Source: an uncultured Coriobacteriales bacterium
GTDB lineage: Bacteria > Actinomycetota > Coriobacteriia > Coriobacteriales > UMGS124
Assembly (NCBI GenBank): GCA_934654475.1
Contig: CAKUFZ010000002.1
Location: 86 to 64,085 of the forward strand
Direction of reading: 5' to 3'
DNA length: 64,000 bases
Under the pieces are notes generated by a model, which made no database searches, was not told where the DNA came from, and was given only the letters and a program-made list of their open reading frames with translations. The stretch's first letter is position 1. Every line of letters begins with the position of its first letter. Below, in pieces: positions 19,801-27,944 of this stretch. The position numbers and the translations under genes are program-made.

Positions 19801-20250
19801 AAGGGCCACAAGCAGCAGGCCCACAATGACCCTGCTTGCAACAAGGCCGGCACGCTGGGTGAAAATGGTGACCGACCATGCGACAAGCGCAAGGGGCACA
19901 AGAATGGCCCCGACGCCGAAGAGCGTATGCAGGAAAGCGCTGAGCCCCTGGGTGAGCACGCCGGTTGTGGGGGCAAGCATCGCGATGAACAGAGCCGCGC
20001 CGATGACGGCCACCACGACGCCCGCGATTTGCTGACGCGTCTCATAGTCGAGCAGCGGCGTGCGAGGCTCCGCGGGCATGGCTGGGCTCGGTGCGGGCTC
20101 CACCCGGCGCTGAGCAGACTGGTTCGAGAAGGCAGCCTGCCCGGAGCGAGCCTTGGCGGTCGCCTTCTGCGGGGTCGCCTTCTTGGTGCGCCCTCCGGAC
20201 TTTTCTTTGGTTGTCTTCTGCGAGCTGGCCTCGCTCTTCGGACGACTCAC
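16825..20250 (-). CDS. ftsK: DNA translocase FtsK
   Basis: 1141 aa with N-terminal TM helices, a long low-complexity linker and an FtsK/SpoIIIE motor (GTTGSGKSV, VVVIDELADL). The gamma domain is at the C-terminus. Confidence 0.93.
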   Translation of the reverse strand: MSRPKSEASSQKTTKEKSGGRTKKATPQKATAKARSGQAAFSNQSAQRRVEPAPSPAMPAEPRTPLLDYETRQQIAGVVVAVIGAALFIAMLAPTTGVLTQGLSAFLHTLFGVGAILVPLALVAWSVTIFTQRAGLVASRVIVGLLLVALAVMAGFGITTAGCTADANILFSVESLRARGGYVGNGLAWVLLSLFGQIVGFVVIVGIAIAGLVIIGLDVSSAVAQVRMRHQQSLARSAERRASRERRASRYENDFYEDELPEGYTPTVLFNPDDRCRPQSGMTAAPTSRARSATTVIPFDREAVDLRDYATPPASVLSRAKAAGVASTTLLDGEDDLEYEHVQPAPKTTLLAQERDDADYEDDDAYGPADDYRRVLEVRSMPEQRFALDESLPQPPQSLINKKARRVSSGWWNPADEWNRDAFDPNDLGDGQADSLVPGVIPGAPLYYDESMASSDDIYIAEKGTIAPSTAATTAATAACAPRDDAPAAALPVEPMSDFEAAREAKRPSVPAAPMRVQPAQQVGEGDSASLDSSAITAVEAARYNDAYAEVTPASTVFDEDSDGCELPWEEPAGDASADVVQPMAPVVAPPAPQQRRSATTSLNATSVFAQEPMRRASFGEAAEALANFGASQQDAPVNEGPYELPPLALARRSNGGKGFVAEHSELAQETAAALQSALAEFGVDAHVVDWVEGPTFTTYRLCPGKGVRVNRISALENDIARTLAAPSVRIYSPVAGTSYVGVEVANESRREVAFGDVLPCVTGGPLDFAVGLDAGGKPVHADLGKLPHLLIAGTTGSGKSVTVNSIILSMLMRDTPEELRLIIVDPKQVEFSEYAGIPHLAMPVVTDPRQAAAALQWAVTEMDRRYRVFSNLGVRDLASYNSLVARIAEGETNLTTLPCVVVVIDELADLMMVAKKDVEASIVRVAQLGRAAGIHLVIATQTPRADIVTGLIRANVANRIALRVSKGTDSRIIIDQMGAEKLLPHGDMLFLEASFGDMPRRIQGCNVTDEEKAAILNHIKSQPAARPCAMAPMPSAGGQLPLDTSTEPAGPTGRGGSAGPGDDDPLAWEAAKLVVENQLGSTSMLQRRMKLGYARAGRVMDLLEEMGVVGPAQGSKPRTVLVSDLDELETLRNADIPSGE

Positions 20251-20265
20251 GCGCTGGAACCTGCC

Positions 20266-21948
20266 TTACACTTCCACGACGAACGAAACAATGACCGGGC
20301 GGCTGTGCCAGGTCTCCCAAAGGTGGCTTGAAACGGTGTCGCGCACAACCTTGTCCACGGCCTCGCGGCTCTCAAGCGAGGCGCTGCGCTTGGCAATGGC
20401 CTTCTTCACGCGCTCAGTGAGCAGTGTGACGCAACCAGGAGCCTCGGCGTCAAACGATACACCCTTGGCAGAAAGCTGAAGGCCAACCAAGGTGGATGTG
20501 CGGCGGGAGAACGTGGCGACGACGCTTACCAGGCCGTCTTCCGACAGGCGCTTGCGGTCGGCGAGGACCATCTGGTCGGTGTCGGCGATGCGTAGGCCGT
20601 CGACGTAGATGACGCCCGACTCGACCGTCTTGCCGCGCGTGACGCGATGGTCGCGCATCTCGAGCGACTCGCCGTTGTCGAGGATGAAGATGTTGTCCTC
20701 GTCGACGCCCATGTCCTGGGCGAGCCTTGCATGAGCGCGCAGGTGCGTGGCCTCGCCGTGGACGGGCATGAAGTGCTTGGGGCGCGTGAGCGCCATGAGC
20801 ATCTTCAGCTCCTCTTGGGAGGCGTGGCCGGAGACGTGGACCATGCCGCGGCTCTTGTCGTACACGTCGGCGCCGATCTTGGCGAGGGTGTTGATGATTT
20901 GGGTCACAGCCTTCTCGTTGCCCGGGACCGGCGTGGCCGAGATGATGACCGTGTCGCCCTCTTGAATCTGCAGCGTCTTGTGCTCGCCCGTGGCCATGCG
21001 CGCAAGAGCAGAGAGGGGCTCGCCCTGAGAGCCGGTGCACAGCACGACGACGCGGTTCTCGGGGTACTTGTCGATGTCGAAGGCATCGATGATGTCCTCT
21101 TCATCGATTTTGAGGTAGCCGAGCTCGCGGGCAACGCGGGTGTTGGTGAGCATCGAACGACCGGTCACGACCACCTTGCGGCCCGATGCGATCGCGGCGT
21201 CGCACACCTGCTGGAGGCGATGGATGTGGCTCGAGAACGAGGCAACGAACACGCGGCCCTTGGCGTTGGAGATGACATCGCGCAGGAAGGGGCCGACGGC
21301 GGCCTCGCTGGGGGTGTACCCAGGGCGGTTTGCGTTGGTCGAGTCGCTCATCAGCAGGTCGACGCCCTCGTCTGCGAACCTGGTGAGGGCCGCAAAATCG
21401 GTGCGAACACCGTCGATGGGGGTCTGGTCGAGCTTGAAGTCGCCCGTGTGCAGGACATTGCCGGCGGGGCTCTGGATAAACGCGCCCATGGCTGCAGGGA
21501 TGGAGTGGTTCACCGAGAAGAACTCAACACCGAGCTTGCCGAGCTGCACCCCGTCGCCCGACTTAACTTCCTTGAAGTTGGGGTTCTTGATGCGATGCTC
21601 TTCGAGCCTGCCAGCGATCATGCCGAGCGTGAGCTTCGAAGAGTAGATGGGCACCTTGGGGTTGAGATCCTGCAGCAGGTACGGCAAGGCGCCGATGTGG
21701 TCCTCGTGGCCGTGCGTGATGATGATGCCGCGCAGCTTGTCCTCGTTCTCAAGGACATAGGTGTAATCCGGCAGGATAAGGTCCACGCCGGGATGATTGT
21801 CATCAGGGAACATGAGACCGGCGTCGTCCAAAATCATGTCGTCACCGTACTCGATGACCGTCATGTTCTTGCCGATGCCGTCGAGACCGCCCAAAGGAAT
21901 GACCTTCAGCGCGGGCCCCTTTGCCTGAGTGCTCTTCCGTTTTGCCAT
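20266..21948 (-). CDS. rnj: Ribonuclease J
   Basis: 560 aa with the metallo-beta-lactamase/beta-CASP motif HGHEDHIG and typical RNase J length. Confidence 0.92.
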   Translation of the reverse strand: MAKRKSTQAKGPALKVIPLGGLDGIGKNMTVIEYGDDMILDDAGLMFPDDNHPGVDLILPDYTYVLENEDKLRGIIITHGHEDHIGALPYLLQDLNPKVPIYSSKLTLGMIAGRLEEHRIKNPNFKEVKSGDGVQLGKLGVEFFSVNHSIPAAMGAFIQSPAGNVLHTGDFKLDQTPIDGVRTDFAALTRFADEGVDLLMSDSTNANRPGYTPSEAAVGPFLRDVISNAKGRVFVASFSSHIHRLQQVCDAAIASGRKVVVTGRSMLTNTRVARELGYLKIDEEDIIDAFDIDKYPENRVVVLCTGSQGEPLSALARMATGEHKTLQIQEGDTVIISATPVPGNEKAVTQIINTLAKIGADVYDKSRGMVHVSGHASQEELKMLMALTRPKHFMPVHGEATHLRAHARLAQDMGVDEDNIFILDNGESLEMRDHRVTRGKTVESGVIYVDGLRIADTDQMVLADRKRLSEDGLVSVVATFSRRTSTLVGLQLSAKGVSFDAEAPGCVTLLTERVKKAIAKRSASLESREAVDKVVRDTVSSHLWETWHSRPVIVSFVVEV

Positions 21949-22158
21949 ATACGAACATTTCCTCCTTTATGTCGTTAGCTTATACAAACTGTTCCATAAC
22001 AAAACGCGGCGCTTCAGACGAGTCAGGCTCATCCTTCAGCGCCGCGCAAGCAATCAAATGTGTGTCGATGCCTCTTGCGAGTGGTGTAAGAGCCATCCAT
22101 CATGGTACCCCAGACGGGGCGGGCCCCCTTTGTATGTGGGGGCAAAAACGCAATTTGC

Positions 22159-22956
22159 CTAGAGGCCCATGAGGCACTCGAGACCCACCGTGAAGGGTTC
22201 CGGCAGGCTGGCGACATTGCGAATCGCGAGCAAGACGCCGGGCATGTAGGCCTCGCGCAGCGTGGAGTCGTGGCGGATGGTGAGCGTCTGGCCGGCCGCG
22301 GACATGATGACCTCCTGAGAGGCCATGTATCCGTCGCCGCGGATGGCATGAATGCGCACACCGTCGACCTCGGCGCCGCGGGCGCCCTCGCAACCCGCAA
22401 TCTCGGTCTCGCTGCCGGGGCCGGCGTTGCGCACGCCTCCCCTGCCCTCGGCGATCATGTGAGCGGTGGTGACCGCGGTGCCGGAAGGGGCGTCCTTCTT
22501 GCCGTCGTGGTGCATCTCGACGATCTCGACGTCGGGGAAGAACTTGCCGGCAACCTTGGCGAACTGCATCATGAGGACGGCGCCGGTGGTGAAGTTCGGG
22601 GCAAAGAAGAGCTTGCCGCCCTTGTCTGCGTACTTCAGGGCGAGGGCCTCCATGTCCTGACGGGCAACGCCGGTCGTGCCCACAACGGCGTGCGCACCAT
22701 GGGACAGCACGCACTCGACGTTGGCAAGCACGGCGCCAGGCTGGGTGAAGTCGACCACGACGTCGGCGCCGGTGGCGTCAATGAGCGCGCCCAAATCGTC
22801 GGAGCAGGCAAAATCACCGTCGGCGCAGGACACAACCTGCCCAGCACAATGGGGATCGAAGCAGCCGACAAGCTTGAGGTCTTCAGCTGCGGCCACGGCG
22901 TTGACGATGCAGGTGCCCATGCGGCCCTTGGCGCCAGAAACGATAACCTTAACCAT
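22159..22956 (-). CDS. dapB: 4-hydroxy-tetrahydrodipicolinate reductase
   Basis: 265 aa with an N-terminal NAD(P)-binding motif (VIVSGAKGRMG) and the DapB core HHDGKKDAPSGTA. Confidence 0.92.
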   Translation of the reverse strand: MVKVIVSGAKGRMGTCIVNAVAAAEDLKLVGCFDPHCAGQVVSCADGDFACSDDLGALIDATGADVVVDFTQPGAVLANVECVLSHGAHAVVGTTGVARQDMEALALKYADKGGKLFFAPNFTTGAVLMMQFAKVAGKFFPDVEIVEMHHDGKKDAPSGTAVTTAHMIAEGRGGVRNAGPGSETEIAGCEGARGAEVDGVRIHAIRGDGYMASQEVIMSAAGQTLTIRHDSTLREAYMPGVLLAIRNVASLPEPFTVGLECLMGL

Positions 22957-22973
22957 AAAGTTCCTCCTTAAGG

Positions 22974-23008
22974 AAAAGGGACGTCAGCCCGATAAGTGCT
23001 GACGTCCC
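22974..23008 (-). terminator. Rho-independent terminator between pnp and dapB
   Basis: 11-bp stem gggacgtcagc (22978-22988) / gctgacgtccc (22998-23008) with a 9-nt loop, followed on the minus strand by tttt and then the dapB RBS aaggagg. Confidence 0.8.
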
Positions 23009-23038
23009 CCAACAATAACGCTTAAGTAAAGCTAGAAC

Positions 23039-25297
23039 TTAGCCCTCGTGATGACGGCGGGGCTGACGACGCTCGCCGCCCTCGTTTCCACCCTCGGACT
23101 TGTGGTGGCCACCGTCGCCGGGACGACGACGCTCGCGGGGCTTGCGCTCAGAACGCTCGGAGCGCTCGCCGCGGTCCTCAGAGGACTTGCCGGAGCCGGC
23201 GGGAGCCTCGGGCTTGTCGATGCGGTCGAGAGAGACCTTGCCCTTCTCGTCGACCTCAATAACCTTGACGTGAACCTCATCGCCAACGTTAAGAACGTCC
23301 TCGACCTTCTCCACGCGGCCCTGGGCCATACGGGAGATGTGCAGCAGGCCGTCCTTGCCGGGAAGCAGCTCGACGAAGGCGCCGAAGGGCTGGACGCCCA
23401 CAACGCGGCCGAAGTACTCCTCGCCCACCTCGGGCACCTTGACGATGGCCTCGATGCGAGCACGGGCCTCCTCGCCGCCGGCATCGCAGGAGCCGATGAA
23501 GACGGTGCCGTCCTCCTGGATGTCGATGGTGGCGCCGGTGTCCTCCTGGATGGAGCGGATGGTCTTGCCGCCCGAGCCGATGACCTCGCGGATCTTGTCG
23601 GTCGGGATGTGGATGGTGATGATGTGCGGGGCGTTCTCACGGACGCTCTCGCGAGGAGCGGCAATCTCGGCAAGCATGGCGTCGAGGATGAAGGCACGGC
23701 CTTCCTTGGCCTGCTGGAGAGCCTTGCGCAGAATCTCGAACGTGAGGCCGGTGGCCTTGTTGTCCATCTGCATGGCGGTGATGCCCTCGGAGGTACCCGT
23801 CACCTTGAAGTCCATGTCGCCGAGGAAGTCCTCAAGACCCTGGATGTCGGAGAGAACGACGGTCTTGCCGTTCTCCTGGATGAGGCCCATGGCGATACCG
23901 GAGACCGGGCGCTTCAGGGGCACGCCACCGTCCATGAGGGCAAGACAGCTGCCGCAGGTCGACGCCATGGACGAGGAGCCGTTGGACTCCATGACCTCGG
24001 AGACGACGCGGATGGTGTAGGGGAACTCTTCCTCGGAAGGAATGACGGGCAGAAGGGCGCGCTCAGCCAGGGCGCCGTGGCCGATCTCGCGACGCTTGGG
24101 CGAGCCCATGCGGCCGGTCTCACCGGTGCAGTAAGGCGGGAAGTTGTACTGGTGGATGTAACGCTTGCCATCGATGGGCTCGATGGTGTCGAGACGCTGC
24201 CAGTCGTTGAGCATACCGAGCGTCAGCACGGAGAGGACCTGGGTCTGGCCGCGCTGGAAGAGGCCGGAGCCGTGCACGAGGGGCAGGTAGCCAGGCTTGA
24301 TCATGAGCGGACGGATTTCGTCGGCACGACGGCCGTCAACACGCTCGCCGGTCTCGACGACCATGACGCGCATGGCATGCTTCTCGAGGCTCTTGAGCTC
24401 AACGGGGATCTCGCGGTCGAACTCGGCCTGCTCCTCCTCGGTGAACTCAGCCTTGATGGCGCTCTTGAGCTCGTCGACCTTGGCCATACGGGCCTGCTTG
24501 TCGGCGTCCTTGAGGGCGGCGCTCATCTCGTCGTAGTGGGCGAAGATCTTGTCGTGCACGTAGGAGTTCGGCTCGTCGAGCGGGTACTCCTTCATGACGA
24601 TGGGGCCGTTGACCTCGGCGACCTTCTCGAAGAAGATCTTCTGCTGGTCGCAGAACGCACCGAGGGCCTCCTGGCCGAACTGCATGGCGGCCAGCATGTC
24701 CTCCTCGGTGATCTCCTCGGCGCCGGCCTCGAGCATGCTCACGAAGTCGCGGGTACCGCCGAGCTCGAGGTCGAGGTCGGAGTTGTCGCGCTCTTCGTAG
24801 GTGGGGTTGACGATGAACTCATGGGTGTCGCGGTCGCGGCCGATGCGCACGCAGGCCAGCGGGCCCTCGAAGGGCACGCCGCCCACGGTGAGGGCAGCGG
24901 AGGCACCCATGGTGCAGATGACGTCGAAGGGGTTGATCTGGTCGCACACGAGCGAGGTAGCAACGATCTGCACCTCGTTGCGGAAGCCGTCGGGGAAGCT
25001 CGGGCGGATGGGGCGGTCGATCATGCGGGCAGTGAGGGTCGCCTTGTCGGTGGGGCGGGTCTCACGCTTGAGGTAGCCACCGGGCAGGCGGCCGACCGAG
25101 TACATGCGCTCCACGAAGTCAACCGTCAACGGGAAGAAGTCGTAGTTCTTGCGCTCCTTGGAGACGACGGCGGTCATGAGGACCGTGGTGTCGCCCTGCT
25201 TGACCAGGACGGCGCCCGTCGTCTGCTTCGCGAGTTCGCCAGTCTCGAGGGTGTAATGCTTGCCATAGAGGTCGAACTCGTGTGTAACCTTTGCCAT
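23039..25297 (-). CDS. pnp: Polyribonucleotide nucleotidyltransferase (PNPase)
   Basis: 752 aa with two RNase PH domains, KH and S1 (GRVVGVQPFGAFVELLPGKDGLLHIS), and a basic C-terminal tail. Confidence 0.97.
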   Translation of the reverse strand: MAKVTHEFDLYGKHYTLETGELAKQTTGAVLVKQGDTTVLMTAVVSKERKNYDFFPLTVDFVERMYSVGRLPGGYLKRETRPTDKATLTARMIDRPIRPSFPDGFRNEVQIVATSLVCDQINPFDVICTMGASAALTVGGVPFEGPLACVRIGRDRDTHEFIVNPTYEERDNSDLDLELGGTRDFVSMLEAGAEEITEEDMLAAMQFGQEALGAFCDQQKIFFEKVAEVNGPIVMKEYPLDEPNSYVHDKIFAHYDEMSAALKDADKQARMAKVDELKSAIKAEFTEEEQAEFDREIPVELKSLEKHAMRVMVVETGERVDGRRADEIRPLMIKPGYLPLVHGSGLFQRGQTQVLSVLTLGMLNDWQRLDTIEPIDGKRYIHQYNFPPYCTGETGRMGSPKRREIGHGALAERALLPVIPSEEEFPYTIRVVSEVMESNGSSSMASTCGSCLALMDGGVPLKRPVSGIAMGLIQENGKTVVLSDIQGLEDFLGDMDFKVTGTSEGITAMQMDNKATGLTFEILRKALQQAKEGRAFILDAMLAEIAAPRESVRENAPHIITIHIPTDKIREVIGSGGKTIRSIQEDTGATIDIQEDGTVFIGSCDAGGEEARARIEAIVKVPEVGEEYFGRVVGVQPFGAFVELLPGKDGLLHISRMAQGRVEKVEDVLNVGDEVHVKVIEVDEKGKVSLDRIDKPEAPAGSGKSSEDRGERSERSERKPRERRRPGDGGHHKSEGGNEGGERRQPRRHHEG

Positions 25298-25382
25298 TCT
25301 GCAATCTCCTTCAACTCCGCTCGCCCCATTGCGAGCGGGACCTATGCGCCTGCGCCCTGGCTATCGAGCCTTATGTGGACGC

Positions 25383-25411
25383 AAAACGAAAAGGGGCGCT
25401 AGTGCGCCCCT
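25383..25411 (-). terminator. Hairpin/attenuator between rpsO and pnp
   Basis: Stem aggggcgc (25392-25399) / gcgcccct (25404-25411) with a 4-nt loop, followed on the minus strand by tttcgtttt. It lies 11 nt after the rpsO stop. Confidence 0.75.
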
Positions 25412-25421
25412 AAAAGACAAC

Positions 25422-25697
25422 TTACTGGATGTTGTCGCGAAGCTCGAGCTTAGCGATGAGCTCACGATACTCGTTGATATCGTTGGAGCGGATGTAGCGA
25501 AGCAGCGAGCGACGGTGGCCGACGAGCATCAGCAGACCACGGCGGCTGTGGAAGTCGTGGGGGTGCTGCTTGCAGTGCTCGGTGAGCTCACGGATGCGAG
25601 CGGTGAGAAGAGCGACCTGAACGCGGGGGGTGCCGGTGTCGTTGGCATCCTTGCCGAACTCAGCGACGATAGCGGCCTTCTGCTCCTTGGTGACCAT
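25422..25697 (-). CDS. rpsO: 30S ribosomal protein S15
   Basis: 91 aa from MVTKEQKAAIVAEFG..HSRRGLLMLVGHRRSLLRYI. The ORF-track frame extends to 25817, but the internal Met is preceded by ggaaagga. The start coordinate is derived from the ORF-track frame. Confidence 0.93.
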   Translation of the reverse strand: MVTKEQKAAIVAEFGKDANDTGTPRVQVALLTARIRELTEHCKQHPHDFHSRRGLLMLVGHRRSLLRYIRSNDINEYRELIAKLELRDNIQ

Positions 25698-25958
25698 TGT
25701 GGTTCCTTTCCATCTAACCTGATAAAGACGCCCCTGTCTCAGATGCAATCCGATGGAGGTTGCAACCGGGGCAAGGGTCAAACGCAAGTAAGATACACCA
25801 TCCGCGTTTACTTTCACCTTTCATGCTCCCAAACAGCCCCGTCCACACGAAATCTGCGCTGGATTGAAGGCTCTTCGACTCTGAAAGTTTATCCTGGCGA
25901 AGTCTGTCTCGCGCAAAATCCCACGAGACGAAGCCGACGAGATACGCAAGGGGCGCAC

Positions 25959-26894
25959 ATGGTCACATTCATCTTTGACTTGCTCGGCAATATCCCCAAT
26001 GCCGCGCTCATCTATGCGCAAACGCGCCTGCTGCCCATGAAACACAAGTGGTGGTTTGCGCTCATCGAGGCAGTCCTGGCCGTGTCGGGAATGGTCTTCA
26101 AGCGCACGATAGGCACGCCGGGCTCTCCTGTCAGCCTCATTATCATTCTGCTCAATATATTTGTTGTACCGCCGCTCTTCTACGACAGAAAAATCCCCCT
26201 GGCACGCCGTCTCGTGGCATGTGCCGTCGCCCTGGGACTTCTGTGGTTCGGCGAGATGGCGTGCGGGCTCATCCTCGTTGCATGCGGCTTGCAGTACGGA
26301 GTCGACGACAACGTTGCCGAGGCAATCCCGCTCTACCTTTTCGTCGAGCTGCTTTTTGGCGCAATCATCTTGATCGGTCACAAGCCCCTCCGGGGACTTC
26401 TTGCACGGTGGAACAAGACATACGGTATGTCGCCCATGAGCGAGTCAGATGCAAAACGAGAGCTGATTTTCTCGGCTGTACCCATCTTCCAGGTCTTTTT
26501 CATGTGGGGGATGCTTCTTTTGCTCATGAACGCAAGCGACAAGGAGGGCCAGCTTCCCCTGTTGCTTGTCTCGGTTGCCCTGTTGTTGCTCTGCCTGGTG
26601 GTAGACGCGTTGCTTATCGTTGTGGCACGGCGCTGGAAGCGCACGTTGGAGCGGCAGGCCGAGGCGGAGGCGCTCTCTCACCAGCTTGACGAAGAGCTTC
26701 GCATGTACACGGACTTGAAGCGTCAGCTGGAGAAAACCGCGCACGCCCGCCATGACATGAACAACCACCTGCAGGTTCTCGCCATACTCGCAAAGCAGGG
26801 AGAGCCCGACCGCGCCGTTGAGTATGGCAAGCAGGTTCTTGCGAAGCTGGATGGTATCGAAGCGATGGATGCTGAGAAGGGGGCGGTTCAATAA
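25959..26894 (+). CDS. AgrC/HPK10-like sensor membrane protein with an H-box but no ATPase domain (truncated histidine kinase)
   Basis: About 311 aa from the ATG at 25959 (MVTFIFDLLG), which is preceded by aagggg. About 6 hydrophobic helices are followed by a coiled coil and the H-box HARHDMNNHLQVL. The ORF ends about 40 aa later with no N/G boxes. The upstream part of ORF 25329-26894 is antisense to rpsO and is ignored. Confidence 0.6.
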   Translation: MVTFIFDLLGNIPNAALIYAQTRLLPMKHKWWFALIEAVLAVSGMVFKRTIGTPGSPVSLIIILLNIFVVPPLFYDRKIPLARRLVACAVALGLLWFGEMACGLILVACGLQYGVDDNVAEAIPLYLFVELLFGAIILIGHKPLRGLLARWNKTYGMSPMSESDAKRELIFSAVPIFQVFFMWGMLLLLMNASDKEGQLPLLLVSVALLLLCLVVDALLIVVARRWKRTLERQAEAEALSHQLDEELRMYTDLKRQLEKTAHARHDMNNHLQVLAILAKQGEPDRAVEYGKQVLAKLDGIEAMDAEKGAVQ

Positions 26895-27838
26895 TGGATG
26901 CCGAGACGATCCGGACTGTCGCGTTTGTCTATGCCGCACTCGCCAGCGCCTCTCTGGCGGTGGCGTGCGTTGTCCTTTGGAGACGGCTGCGAACGTCTGC
27001 CCTCTACCGCAGGCTTGTCAACGTCCTCTTCCCCTTGAGTCAGCTGATTCTCTCGCTCTATGCGATATGGGCCGAGTCCGCATATGACCTGTCGGTCGGC
27101 GTGGTCTTTGTCACCGCGACGTTGGGCCTGGCATGTACGGCCTACGACGTCTTCTTCTTTCGCAGGCTTTTTACGGCTGAGGAAGAAGACATCGCCATCT
27201 ACAAGTCGCTTCTGCTGACGAGGCAGCTAAAGGCGATGATGCAGCATGGCGACTATCTTGACGAGCAGGCAGACAATGCGCGTGAAACGCGAGCCCGGCT
27301 GCGCCGTTGCATCGAGGATGCCCTCGAAGGTTTGCAGGGCGGCGATGACGATGCGGCTCAGGCTGCACTTGCGGAAGCAGCGCGCGTGAACACGCCGCCG
27401 GTCAAGTCCCTGTGCGACTCGCCCGTGCTCGACGCCTTGCTCAACGCGAAGTTAAACCATGCCCATGAGCTGGGGGTACCCTTGGAGGTCAAGGTAGATG
27501 TGCCAGAAAAGTCGACCGTGCCCGATGTCGAGCTTTGCGCCGTCTTCGCCAACCTCATCGACAACGCCCTCGATGCGGCGGCGCCCCTTGGTGAGAAAGC
27601 CTTCGTGGATGTGCGGGCCATACCCCGCGCTGGCTGGCTCTTCATTGACGTCCGCAACGCCTGCACCCCGGACACCCTGCCGTACAGCAGCAATGACATC
27701 AGTCCCAAAACCTTCTCGAAGGAACACGGATGGGGTCGCCAAATCGTGGACAAGCTGGCGCAGCGAAACGACGGCACCTTCAAAACCGAAGTCGCCGACG
27801 GCGTCTACAGCGCCCAGGTAACGATGAAGGTGGGGTGA
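26894..27838 (+). CDS. AgrC/HPK10-like sensor histidine kinase (GHKL ATPase domain)
   Basis: 314 aa with three N-terminal hydrophobic helices and a helical linker holding a possible degenerate H-box (MQHGDYLDEQ). The N-box is FANLIDNALDAA and the G-box region is KEHGWGRQIV. Its ATG overlaps the stop of the previous ORF (TAATG). Confidence 0.7.
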   Translation: MDAETIRTVAFVYAALASASLAVACVVLWRRLRTSALYRRLVNVLFPLSQLILSLYAIWAESAYDLSVGVVFVTATLGLACTAYDVFFFRRLFTAEEEDIAIYKSLLLTRQLKAMMQHGDYLDEQADNARETRARLRRCIEDALEGLQGGDDDAAQAALAEAARVNTPPVKSLCDSPVLDALLNAKLNHAHELGVPLEVKVDVPEKSTVPDVELCAVFANLIDNALDAAAPLGEKAFVDVRAIPRAGWLFIDVRNACTPDTLPYSSNDISPKTFSKEHGWGRQIVDKLAQRNDGTFKTEVADGVYSAQVTMKVG

Positions 27839-27944
27839 GGGCGGCCTCAACGCTTTGCCCGTGGACGGGGCGAGGAATCCACCATTCACTCGACCCGTCC
27901 GCGTATACTAGACCCGAAAGCAAGCAGCCCAAAGGAGGACGGAC

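Noticed and set aside
17194-20331. 1045-aa + strand ORF
   Set aside because: It is antisense to ftsK. It is a shadow ORF of a GC-rich gene.
23048-25402. 784-aa + strand ORF
   Set aside because: It is antisense to pnp. It is a shadow ORF.
25329-25958. N-terminal 210 codons of the 521-aa ORF 25329-26894
   Set aside because: This part runs antisense through rpsO and its leader and has no membrane or kinase features. The internal ATG at 25959 has an RBS and gives a sensible multi-TM sensor.
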